Virus record (IMG/VR): IMGVR_UViG_3300030685_000017
Span: 32,001-96,000 of that record
Source of the DNA: a virus
Direction: 5' to 3' (one strand)
DNA length: 64,000 nt
The notes under the pieces were generated by a model. It did no database searches. It saw nothing but the letters and a program-made list of their open reading frames with translations, and was not told where the DNA came from. Below, piece after piece: positions 42,652 through 52,771 of the stretch. The stretch's first letter is position 1; each line of letters opens with the position of its first letter. The position numbers and the translations under genes are program-made.

Positions 42652-43320
42652 CATATCGTTTTAAAGTGGGAGATAAAGTTCAGTTTAAAAGTTGGGAAGA
42701 AATGAAAAAAGAATACGGAGTAAATTGTTCGTGGAATGACATTCCCACTCCTTGTGCTTTTGTCGGAAGTATGGATCATCTTTGTGGAAAAAGAGTAAAA
42801 ATAATAGATATATATAAAGAAAATAAAATTGGAAAATTATATGATCAGCGTATTGAGATAGAACCATTTACTGATGAATATAATTATGATAATTATATGT
42901 TTAAACCGGTAAACGATAATCCTATTTTTAAAACATTTAAGGAATGTTTATGAAAGGAGATAGAAAATTATTATGACTTATACTTTTAAAATAGGAGATA
43001 AAGTGAAGTTTAAAGGTTGGAAAACATTGAGTAGAGATTATGGAATACAATGTCGTGATATTGTAACTCCGTATACTTTTAACAGAAGTATGAATTGGTT
43101 ATGTGGTTTACACGCCGAAGTTATAAAAGTAACAAAAGAAAGTGATATTTGTACTTGGTATGAACAATATAAAAAACGTAATATAACTGTACAGATACAA
43201 AATATAGAAGTAAAATTGTTAGATGATTATACACAAAAATTATATAGTATTGAAAATTTTTCATTTGATAATTTTATGTTTGAACCCATGGTCAAAGATC
43301 CGTGTTTTATGACACTATAA
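42648..43320 (+). CDS. Two family-B proteins (42648-42953 ends IFKTFKECL; 42973-43320 tag cut by TAA: CFMTL*ER)
   Basis: Shared N-terminal motif; TAA at the Lys position of the tag. Confidence 0.8.
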
Positions 43321-43648
43321 GAGAGAAAAGGAGAAGTATAATGAAACTTATAATTGTTAAAATTGTTATTGATTTAATGATTATTGCGCTTGCTACTTGT
43401 GAAGTCTATATATATGCCATTAATAAAAATATGACTACTTTATTAATCTGGTATTTTACAACAGCTATATGGAGCATTATTTTAGGTATGAATATTATGA
43501 ATTTAAGATATGTTTAAATTAAAATCAGTTCGTTTAATTTTAGAAAATAAATTTAGATTAAGAAATGCAAAAAATTATTTATTAGTTGAGTATAACTTAC
43601 CTAAATATTTATATTTTAGAAATGAATTAGAACAGGAGAAGAAAGAAA

Positions 43649-44245
43649 ATGGATACTAATCAGATTATGGTGGATATAGAAACACTTGGAACATCAAGTA
43701 ACGCTTTTATTATTCAAATAGGGGCATGTGTATTTAATATATCTACTGGGGAAATATTAAGTCAATTTAATATGTGTACCGATTTAAGTAAAGAATCAGA
43801 AATAAAAATAGAAGGAAGTATTTTAGATTGGTGGATTTCTGATCCCACAAGACTTTCTACACTTTCAAATTTATTTAAAAACACAGATGGAAAGTTATCA
43901 AATAAAGATTTAATGGAAGAATTTTATCATTGGATACTAAAAGTGCAGGGTATTTATATGATAAAGAATATGTGGGGGAATGGGACAACTTTTGATAATG
44001 TAATTATTAAGAATTCTTTTATAAAATATGGATTATGTTACCCAATTGGATATAGAAATGATATGGATATGAGGACTATTATTGCGTTGGCATCTGATAT
44101 ATCGGGAGAAGAAAGTCAAGATTTTGTTAAAAGAAATTGTTTACCAGAAGATCAATTAACCAATCATAATGCTTTAAGCGATGCAATTAATCAGGCTCAT
44201 GTGGTTACTTGCGCTTATAATATTATAAAACATGGAGGGCGATAA
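43649..44245 (+). CDS. 3'-5' exonuclease (DEDDh, phage type)
   Basis: MVDIETLG, WGNG..FDN, HNALSDA. Confidence 0.88.
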   Translation: MDTNQIMVDIETLGTSSNAFIIQIGACVFNISTGEILSQFNMCTDLSKESEIKIEGSILDWWISDPTRLSTLSNLFKNTDGKLSNKDLMEEFYHWILKVQGIYMIKNMWGNGTTFDNVIIKNSFIKYGLCYPIGYRNDMDMRTIIALASDISGEESQDFVKRNCLPEDQLTNHNALSDAINQAHVVTCAYNIIKHGGR

Positions 44246-44247
44246 GT

Positions 44248-45395
44248 ATGATAATATCAACTATTTTAGTGGTAATAAAAATTGCCATAATAGGAATAAT
44301 TATAGTGTTACTAAAAATTGGAGTGTACGACTATTACAAAGAAAAACAAGATAAATTACACGAACAAATGTTCAAAAATAAGTATCCGCAGATTTATAAT
44401 TTATTAGACCAGATATGTGCTCCGGAGTTTTGTGGAGAATTATTGCGTTTGAGAGATGAATTAGTCACTTTAAACGATACTATCACAAAATATCAGGTAT
44501 TAAAGGATTTGATCCCAATTAACTCTGAAATTCACTCAGACTTGTGTTCACTATTACAGCCTTTGAAAGAGCAATTTCATACCGATTTATATAATTATGA
44601 AATGGAATTTCAAAATAAAGAGCAATTTTTTAAAAGTAATTTATATCTATTTGAACGTATTAAAGAAGATGCCCCAGATAGTTATAATTTCTATATGGAA
44701 TGGATAAAAGAATTTAGAGAAAGAAAGAAATATTTTGGATTAAAATCTTAATTCTCCTTGACATTTTGCTTATCTTGTGTTATTATAAGAATACAAAATA
44801 AAAAAGGAGAAGAACATGAATAAAAGTAGACGCTTAATTATTAATCAAGCATGTGATGGTATCAAAACAAATTTAGATATCCTTAATCAATGTAAAGAAG
44901 AGGAAGATGAAACTAAAGAGTGTATTCCAGAAAACCTACAAGGAGGTATGAAATATTACGAATCAGAAAAGTATGTAGATATTTTAGATGAAGAAATTAA
45001 AACAATTAATAGTTCAGTAGAAAATATTAAAATACGACTTATTTAAAGGAGAAATCTATGTTATGCTTTCAGAAGAAGAAAAAAGTAAAATAGTTCTTGA
45101 TGCAGAGAACAATTTAAAATTGTATGTTTCACAACGTAATTTTCAATTGTCTCATGTACCAGTAGATCCATTAATTCTTATCATAGTATCTTTATTAAGC
45201 ACTGTTGGATTGGTTACCAAATATGGTATACCAGCTATCATATGTATTTGGTTTTATATTCTTTGTTTAATCTTATTTCGTACTCCAAAAGGTTATAATC
45301 AAGATCAATTATTAGAATTTAAACCTTTAACGGATGAACAAAAACAAGATTTATTTAAACAATATGAAGAGCGTAAAAGCAAACACATACATTAA
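44248..45395 (+). CDS. Three hypothetical genes (44248-44751 TM, 44816-45046, 45063-45395 TM)
   Basis: RBS-preceded ORFs; promoter TTGACA-17-TATTAT at 44758-44786. Confidence 0.65.
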
Positions 45396-45406
45396 ATGGA
45401 GGAAAA

Positions 45407-46405
45407 ATGCAAGGACGTATTGAGCATACTTTACAAAGAGAACAGTCTATAGAAAAGAAGTTAAAAGATTTACCAAGTTATATGACTGAATATTATTATG
45501 CTATATCTGCAAACTTAGAGAGTGTAAGTGTATTAAGTTATATTAATATTATAAATCAATATATATGTTTTATTTCATCTTTAGGTAAAGAACCTAACTT
45601 TATAGAATTACAAAATAATGTTGCTCAATTTTTAAAATCAAAAGAAACACGGATACAAAGAGGAACAATTGTACAATCATCTAGTGCTAATGTAACAAAA
45701 ATACATTCAGCATTAAAAAATTTTATGGAATTCTTATGTAGTAAGCGTTATATTACCGATAATCCAATGGTCTTTATTAAAAGAATTAAACGAAAAGATG
45801 AAGTAAAAAGATATAAACTTAATATATCAGACTTAAATGATATTATTACTGCTGTAGATTATGAGCAAGGAACTGGAAGAGAAAGACAAATACAATTAGA
45901 ATGGAAATCAAGAAATAAATTAATTTTATTATTATTTATGAACACCGGAATGAGAGAAACTGCTCTCAGTGAAATAAATCTTTCTGATATTGATTTTGAA
46001 AACAATATATTAAGAATTATAGATAAGGGCTCAAAACACCACGAATATCAAATTGATCATTTAATTGTTTATATACAAGACTGGTTAAGAAAAAGAGAAC
46101 AATTAATGAGAGGTTATCATGCAAATGATGCTTTATTTATTTCAGAACGCAGAACAAGAATTTCTAGTAAAGCAATTATAGATATAGTTGGAAAAGTATC
46201 TATGCAAGGATTGGGGTATAGAATTACTCCACATAAGTTACGTGCCGCCTTTTGTACTATTATGTATGAAGAAACAAAAGATATTGAATTTGTTAGACAA
46301 GCAGTAGGACATTCTAATGTTGCTGTAACTCAACGATATATTGTCAGTGATAATTCAGCACGTAAACAATCTGCATTGATTATGGCTAAAGGTTTAGGTA
46401 TGTGA
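45407..46405 (+). CDS. Tyrosine recombinase (XerC/D-like)
   Basis: TGMR, K, HKLR, GHS, TQRY catalytic set. Confidence 0.92.
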   Translation: MQGRIEHTLQREQSIEKKLKDLPSYMTEYYYAISANLESVSVLSYINIINQYICFISSLGKEPNFIELQNNVAQFLKSKETRIQRGTIVQSSSANVTKIHSALKNFMEFLCSKRYITDNPMVFIKRIKRKDEVKRYKLNISDLNDIITAVDYEQGTGRERQIQLEWKSRNKLILLLFMNTGMRETALSEINLSDIDFENNILRIIDKGSKHHEYQIDHLIVYIQDWLRKREQLMRGYHANDALFISERRTRISSKAIIDIVGKVSMQGLGYRITPHKLRAAFCTIMYEETKDIEFVRQAVGHSNVAVTQRYIVSDNSARKQSALIMAKGLGM

Positions 46406-46412
46406 GAAGAAG

Positions 46413-47546
46413 GTGAATAGTTTGATTTATTTAGATAATGCGGCAACTACGCCAGTAAAATCAGAAGTATTAAGTGTAATTATGGATGTATTACAAAATA
46501 ATTATGGAAATCCTAGTTCGGTATATCAATATGGATTAGATAGTAAAAGAATACTTGAAGATTCTCGTAAGAAAATAGCAGAACATCTTAATTGTTTTCC
46601 AGATGAAATTATCTTTACTTCTGGATCTTGTGAATCAAATAGTTTGGCTTTACATATCTTATCCAAAGATCTAAATTGTGACAAAAGAATATTCATCAGT
46701 AAATTAGAACATAAATCAATTAATATGGCACTTGGAAGTAGTGATCATTATATTAATAATGACCATCAGGGTTTTATAGATATTGATATGATAGAACATA
46801 TCTGTAAAAAATATAAAAATAACTCTACTTTTAATATCGCTTTTTCTATTCAATATGCAAACAATGAAATTGGTACTATACAGTATATGAATAGAATTAG
46901 TGAAATTATTCACGATTATGGTTATATATTGCATACAGATGCAACACAGTTTATCGGTAATGATCATATAGATTTGCAACAATTAAATGTTGATTTATTA
47001 AGTCTAAGTGGTCAAAAAATTGGAACTCCAAAAGGGATAGGATTACTTTATATTAAACGAGGAATAAAAGCTACTCCTATTATTTTTGGATCTCAAGAAA
47101 GAGGATTACGAGGAGGTACGGAAAATATTGCGTTTATAGCAGGATTTGCTAAAGCTTTTGATTTATTAGATTATAGTAATAATACAGAAGTTAGACTTAA
47201 ACGTGACTATTTATGGACTGAACTACATAGAGCAATACCAGAGACTTTTATAAATGGTTCTGCTTTAACACAAAATCGTTTAGTTAATAACTTAAATATA
47301 TGTTTTCTAAATAAAAATGGTCAGAATATATTATATATGCTTGATAATTCTTTAAAATGCTGTGTTTCTATGGGAAGTGCTTGTAATAGTGGAGCAACAG
47401 AACCTAGTCAAGTATTACTTAATTTAGGATTACCAAAAGAAGAGGTTAATTCTTCTATTCGCTTTACATTAAGTAATAATAATAGTTATGAAGATATTAA
47501 TAATGTAACTAATTTTCTTAATATTATACAAAATAAATTAAAATAA
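46413..47546 (+). CDS. iscS: Cysteine desulfurase (IscS/NifS-like)
   Basis: YLDNAATT, GNPSS, NNEIGT, HTDATQ, SGQKIGTPKGIG, GSAC. Confidence 0.9.
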   Translation: MNSLIYLDNAATTPVKSEVLSVIMDVLQNNYGNPSSVYQYGLDSKRILEDSRKKIAEHLNCFPDEIIFTSGSCESNSLALHILSKDLNCDKRIFISKLEHKSINMALGSSDHYINNDHQGFIDIDMIEHICKKYKNNSTFNIAFSIQYANNEIGTIQYMNRISEIIHDYGYILHTDATQFIGNDHIDLQQLNVDLLSLSGQKIGTPKGIGLLYIKRGIKATPIIFGSQERGLRGGTENIAFIAGFAKAFDLLDYSNNTEVRLKRDYLWTELHRAIPETFINGSALTQNRLVNNLNICFLNKNGQNILYMLDNSLKCCVSMGSACNSGATEPSQVLLNLGLPKEEVNSSIRFTLSNNNSYEDINNVTNFLNIIQNKLK

Positions 47547-47559
47547 AAGGAGATCATAT

Positions 47560-48386
47560 ATGAAAAAAGTAACAATTTCTACTAAACAAGAAACATTAAC
47601 TTATACTCTAGGAGAACTTATGACTGTGGGAGCAGAGAGATTTAGAAAACCCATGGATAGAGCCACGTATGTAAAGAAAGATAAAATGTTTAAACGTCTA
47701 ATGGCTATTACTAAGCCTGTAGAATTACCGCAGAAAGATAAAAAGGAAGTGAAGGCATAATGAATAATAATAATATCTACAATACAAATGTGTTAGATAA
47801 AATTCAATTATTAAATATGGCAAGAGATATTTCTCGTGTGGAAAAAAGAAAAGGGAATATATTATCTCAAAAAACTATAAAAGTAGCAGAAATAATATTC
47901 TGTGCAGATGATGATTATCCTTTACATCCTTTTTATTATGCAATTTTAGATGATGATGATACATGCTATGTCATTGGAGATTTTGTATTAGTGAGTGGTA
48001 TAAATTGTAATAGAATTGGAATTCTTAATAATATAATGATACGAGAAGATGCTAAAAAATTTTGGTCACATGATATTACAGAACAAGTTATTTGCAATTT
48101 ATTTGAAAATTTAGAAAATTTTAAATATATATTAAATAATCTAACTCAATATTATAATCAAGAAAAAGATGATGATAAATTAAAATATGTTCATACTTTG
48201 TTAAATCACAACTCGGTAAGAAGTAATAGTTCTTCTACTTTTTATACAACACTACCACATACACAACATTATAATATAACAATACCCGATATTATAGAAC
48301 GTGATGTTGCGGTAGATGATGCGGAAGTACAAATAACTATACCACACGCAGAAATAGAAGTAGAAACCATTGTACATAATTTTTAA
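47560..48386 (+). CDS. Two hypothetical genes (47560-47760, 47760-48386)
   Basis: Coupled ORFs. Confidence 0.65.
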
Positions 48387-48392
48387 TTTATA

Positions 48393-48432
48393 TTGACATT
48401 AGTTATAAAATGTGTTATAATGAACTTACAAA
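48393..48432 (+). promoter_or_regulatory. Consensus sigmaA promoter of the replication operon
   Basis: TTGACA-17-TATAAT with TG, then GAACTTACAAA. Confidence 0.85.
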
Positions 48433-48471
48433 AGAAGTAAGTACCACATAAAAATATTAAAGGAGAAAATA

Positions 48472-49365
48472 ATGAGTACAGAGTTAAAAACAAATTTAAA
48501 ACCAGCGTTGGCGACAGTTAAGGTAAGTGGTGTTTTAAGTGAAAAACATTTTGAACACAAAGATAACGCAAAAACAGGTAAGCCAATGATTGAAGGTACT
48601 TGTACTGTAAAGGTAGATGATATTAATTTTATTCCTTTCAGATCATCTCAGCCTTCCACTACTGCCGCTGGAACGGCAAATCAGATTTATGCAGGGTTAA
48701 AAACAGTAGAAGAGACCTTTAAACCCATATCAGAAGTTGGGGAAGCGGATGCAGATAAATTAACTGTATCTGGTGACCTCAATATGTATACTCATAATGG
48801 GAAAGATTTAATAGGATTTAAAGGTACATTCTATAATAGACCAAAATCTTTAGACAGTTTTAAACCAGAAGCTACTTTCGAAGTAGAAACGTATATTAGA
48901 TCTATTGCTTCAGAAGTAGATAAGGACGGCATTGAATCAGGAAATGTACTTGTCCGTGGTTGGGTTCCACAGTACGATGGAAGTGTACAACCTATTACAC
49001 TTATTGCTCCACAAGAAGATGATATTGCTTCTGCTATTCAACAGGTATATAAAGCTGGAGATACAGCGAGATTTTTTGGAACAATTATTAATTCTAAAGC
49101 GGAGTATGATAAGAATATTCCGGTTGCTGTTGGAAAACCAAGAGTACAGCATATTGTAGAATATAAAAATGCATTGATTATTGCTTCTGGTTCTGCTCCT
49201 TATGGATCTTCTGATGATTATGAAAATCATGTCCCTTATGATAAAGCAACAATTGATCTTGCTGTGAGTATCAGGGATGAAGGAAGTTCATTTTCTTCTG
49301 TACCAAGTACACCAACACAGGCAACTACTACAGCTAATACAACCGGTAGAAAACTTAATTTTTAA
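48472..49365 (+). CDS. Putative ssDNA-binding (OB-fold) protein of an SPbeta-like replication module
   Basis: Position before AAA/helicase/primase; beta-rich; flexible tail ending in an aromatic residue. Confidence 0.55.
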   Translation: MSTELKTNLKPALATVKVSGVLSEKHFEHKDNAKTGKPMIEGTCTVKVDDINFIPFRSSQPSTTAAGTANQIYAGLKTVEETFKPISEVGEADADKLTVSGDLNMYTHNGKDLIGFKGTFYNRPKSLDSFKPEATFEVETYIRSIASEVDKDGIESGNVLVRGWVPQYDGSVQPITLIAPQEDDIASAIQQVYKAGDTARFFGTIINSKAEYDKNIPVAVGKPRVQHIVEYKNALIIASGSAPYGSSDDYENHVPYDKATIDLAVSIRDEGSSFSSVPSTPTQATTTANTTGRKLNF

Positions 49366-49424
49366 TTATAAAATATAAATAGGCTAATGAAATAGTATGA
49401 AAATAAGCCACATATGGAGGAAAA

Positions 49425-50405
49425 ATGGCAGTAATTGATATTTTTAACCCACAGGTCACAGCAATTGCAAAAGGACTTGAAGGGAAAACTTTCTTCATTT
49501 ATGGTTCTAACTCTGTTGGTAAAACATCACAAACGGTAAAAGCAAGTAAACCATTTGTTATTGCTACTGAGTCTGGACTCAATGCAACAGCAGGAGTTAG
49601 ATATGAAAGAGTAAATACTTGGTCTGATTTTAAAAAGATTGTACAGCAGTTTACTAATAAAGCTACCGTAGAAAAAGCAAGAGAAATGTATGATACTATT
49701 ATTATTGATGAAGTTTATGCTTCTTCAATTCTATGTCAGAATTATGTACTTGCTGTATATGGTAATGGAGCTTTAACGTTAGGAGATGGTACTGGAAAAA
49801 CTAACCTCTATCAAATCTATGAAAAAATTTTCTTCGATACGGTAAATTCTTTACTTTCTGCTAACTTCACAGTTATTTTTATTGGTCATGAGCAGAAGAA
49901 AGAGGGAGATAAAGTTCGTCCTTATGGTGATAAACGTTGTATTAATCCTATTGTTAATTTTGTTGACTATGTAATTTATGTAAAAAGTAATGGAGTTGAT
50001 GCAGACGGAAAATTAATTCCATCTTCGGCTTATCTTGCAGAAACAGATGAATATTTTGCTAGAACAAGATTTGATACTACACCTACATTTATTAAAGAAT
50101 TTACAATGGATAATTTAGTTGAAGCAATTAATATTGGTGTAGAAGGAAAAGCAAGAGATACCGGAACCAGATTAATTACTTATGACGAGCAGAAAGCTAA
50201 AAACACTACAACAGAAATAGATTTTGATACTTTAATGACTGCACTTGATGAAGTAGCATATAAATTTGTAGAAACTAATAGATCAGAAATTTTAACCGAA
50301 GTAACAGAAAAAGTATTAGGTACAGGTCATAAAGTACATGAATGCAATAAAAATCAAATTGAAGCATTACAAATTATATTCGATGAATTGACGCTTAGAT
50401 TATAA
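49425..50405 (+). CDS. AAA_24/Sak4-like ATPase
   Basis: YGSNSVGKT Walker A; TIIIDE Walker B; IFIGHE. Confidence 0.82.
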   Translation: MAVIDIFNPQVTAIAKGLEGKTFFIYGSNSVGKTSQTVKASKPFVIATESGLNATAGVRYERVNTWSDFKKIVQQFTNKATVEKAREMYDTIIIDEVYASSILCQNYVLAVYGNGALTLGDGTGKTNLYQIYEKIFFDTVNSLLSANFTVIFIGHEQKKEGDKVRPYGDKRCINPIVNFVDYVIYVKSNGVDADGKLIPSSAYLAETDEYFARTRFDTTPTFIKEFTMDNLVEAINIGVEGKARDTGTRLITYDEQKAKNTTTEIDFDTLMTALDEVAYKFVETNRSEILTEVTEKVLGTGHKVHECNKNQIEALQIIFDELTLRL

Positions 50406-50458
50406 AAATAAATCTACTCTCTGTCTTGTAAGAGATAGAGAGTAGTAAAAGGAATTAT

Positions 50459-51058
50459 ATGTCTAAAATATATAAATGTTATTTATGTGGAAATCCTATT
50501 TTAGATGGAGAAGTTCAAGTATACAAAAATCGTCATGCACATATGAATTGTTTTAATACCAGTGTAAAAATGATGTCAGAAGAAGGTATTAAAAAGGCTA
50601 ATATTGCCGAAGGAACGGAAAAAGCGAAAAGAACAAGAAGCTCTGTACAGAACGTTAAAAGTGAGTTTAAATCGCCTATTTCGGAAGAAGATGATAAGGC
50701 TAGGGTAATATTCTTAGACTATCTACAAAAGCTCCTTTTAGTGCCTAAAGTACCCCCTAAGTCCCTTATACTGGCTTCAAAATACAGGGATAACGGATAT
50801 ACATGGAAAAATATGAAACTAGCAATTCAATGGTATATAGAGGTACAAAATCATACTATAAATCAAGAACAGAATATTGTTGCGTTAATTCCATATATAT
50901 ATGACGATGCAAAGAAGTATTATGAAGATTTAGAATACATACAAACTATTAATAAAGGTATAGATACCAATAACTTTTATAAGGAGACAACTTATAAGTT
51001 TACCCCCAAAACAAGTACGAATACAAAAAAAATTGATATTAGTAAATTTACAGATTAA
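50459..51058 (+). CDS. Replication-associated protein with N-terminal Zn finger
   Basis: CYLC..H.NC; IPYIYDDAKKYY; immediately upstream of the helicase. Confidence 0.65.
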   Translation: MSKIYKCYLCGNPILDGEVQVYKNRHAHMNCFNTSVKMMSEEGIKKANIAEGTEKAKRTRSSVQNVKSEFKSPISEEDDKARVIFLDYLQKLLLVPKVPPKSLILASKYRDNGYTWKNMKLAIQWYIEVQNHTINQEQNIVALIPYIYDDAKKYYEDLEYIQTINKGIDTNNFYKETTYKFTPKTSTNTKKIDISKFTD

Positions 51059-51066
51059 GAGGGGAT

Positions 51067-52764
51067 ATGGAAAAAGATGAAGCGCTGATTTGTAGACACA
51101 GTATTTTTGGTGTCTTGGGTTGTTTAATAAATAACCCAGATTTATTAGATGATTTAGATCATCCGCTTAAAACAGACGACTTCAATTGTGATATGTTTTA
51201 CCAAATAATGTATTCTCTTATATATAATTTGCATTCTGATAATTGTAAGGATATCACTCCTATGGCATTAGAAGATGCATTATCAAATTATCCTGACCAA
51301 CATAAGATCTTTAATGATTATAATTGGCAAGAATGGTTTATTCAAGCTAAAACTTTTGCTCAAAATGAAACTAACAATTTCGATTATTATTATAAACGAG
51401 TACGTAAATTTTCTATGTTAAGATATTTGCAGAAAAAAGGATATGATGTTACTAAAATTTATAATTTTAATTTAAAAGAGTCAAAAGCAATTGAAGAAGA
51501 AGAAACAAAATTTGATAAAATGTCTATGCAAGACATTGTAGATATAATAGAATCAGAACTTGTAACAATTCCGTCAATGGAATTTTGTGTAAACACATTA
51601 ACAAAAGATGTTAAAGCGGGGGATGGTTTAAATAATTTAATAGATGAATTAATGGAAGCCCCTAACGTGGGTGTACCATTACAATCTCCAGTTCTTACTA
51701 CAGCATGTAGAGGAATGCGTCTTGGTTGCCTTTATATGAGATCTGGAACTACTGGTTCTGGTAAGAGTAGATTATCGGTGGGTGATGCTTGTAAAATTTC
51801 TGTACCTTATTTCTTTAATATTGAAAAAAATAAATGGGAGCATACAGGATTTGCAGAGCCAACTGTATATATTACTACAGAATTACCAGTAGATGAAATA
51901 CAAACTATCATAGTAGCTACCGTAAGTGGAGTAAATGAAGAACATATTTTATACGGTAAGTATGAAGAAGGAGAACTTGAAAGAGTTCATCAAGCAAATA
52001 TTTATATAGATGAAAGTCCTTTATTTATATCTCATATACCTGATTTTTCTATAGAGGATATTAAAAATATTGTAAAAAGATATAAACGTGAAATGCATGT
52101 AAATTATTTTTTCTTTGATTATATTCAAACATCATTACGTTTAATGTCAGAAATAGGAACAAAATCTCGTATGTCTGGATTAAAAGAGCATCAACTTTTA
52201 CTTGTATTCGCTACAGAATTAAAGACAATCTGTCAACAATTAAATGTATTTATTATGACAGGAAGTCAGTTAAATGGAGAAGCTAATTTAGCACCTATAA
52301 AGGATCAAAATTTATTAGCCGGTAGTAAGGCACTTGCGAATAAACTTGATTTGGGATGTATAAATTCAAAGCCAACTAGTAATGAGCTAAAGAAAGTAGA
52401 GAGTATATTACAAAAATCTTTTATGATAGGAAAACATACACCTAACTCTACAACGTGGATTTATAAAATAAGACGAGGTAAATTATGCTCTGTTATTATT
52501 TGGTCTTATGTAGATTTAGGAACTATGAGAATACATGATTTATTTGTTACTAACAATGATTTTGTTTTACAAAACGTTGACTTAGCGAATGTAGAGCATG
52601 TAGAAAAAGTTATTGAGACTAATTCTATTGCAATGAAAGATGTACCTGATGTATCTTTGGAAACTTTAGAAGTACCTACGGTAGAAAAAGCAGAAGAATT
52701 GGTAGTAGATAAAATAAAAGAAGATGTACCGATTATTGTAGGAAATAGAATTACAAATTGGTAG
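51067..52764 (+). CDS. dnaB: DnaB-like replicative helicase
   Basis: GTTGSGKSR, YITTE, FFDYIQ, SQLN, ALANKLD, YKIRRG. Confidence 0.88.
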   Translation: MEKDEALICRHSIFGVLGCLINNPDLLDDLDHPLKTDDFNCDMFYQIMYSLIYNLHSDNCKDITPMALEDALSNYPDQHKIFNDYNWQEWFIQAKTFAQNETNNFDYYYKRVRKFSMLRYLQKKGYDVTKIYNFNLKESKAIEEEETKFDKMSMQDIVDIIESELVTIPSMEFCVNTLTKDVKAGDGLNNLIDELMEAPNVGVPLQSPVLTTACRGMRLGCLYMRSGTTGSGKSRLSVGDACKISVPYFFNIEKNKWEHTGFAEPTVYITTELPVDEIQTIIVATVSGVNEEHILYGKYEEGELERVHQANIYIDESPLFISHIPDFSIEDIKNIVKRYKREMHVNYFFFDYIQTSLRLMSEIGTKSRMSGLKEHQLLLVFATELKTICQQLNVFIMTGSQLNGEANLAPIKDQNLLAGSKALANKLDLGCINSKPTSNELKKVESILQKSFMIGKHTPNSTTWIYKIRRGKLCSVIIWSYVDLGTMRIHDLFVTNNDFVLQNVDLANVEHVEKVIETNSIAMKDVPDVSLETLEVPTVEKAEELVVDKIKEDVPIIVGNRITNW

Positions 52765-52771
52765 GTGAGAT

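Noticed and set aside
9304-43341. CRISPR array or integron attC repeats as the source of the recurring TTT..AC.TTTAAAGAAAG text
   Set aside because: No fixed-length identical repeat or hairpin; variation falls at synonymous positions and stays in frame, which fits a peptide motif
9304-43341. Diversity-generating retroelement
   Set aside because: No reverse transcriptase in the window and no TR/VR pair with many adenine-specific differences
45407-46405. Prophage boundary at the recombinase
   Set aside because: Phage-like genes continue on both sides and no att duplication is visible
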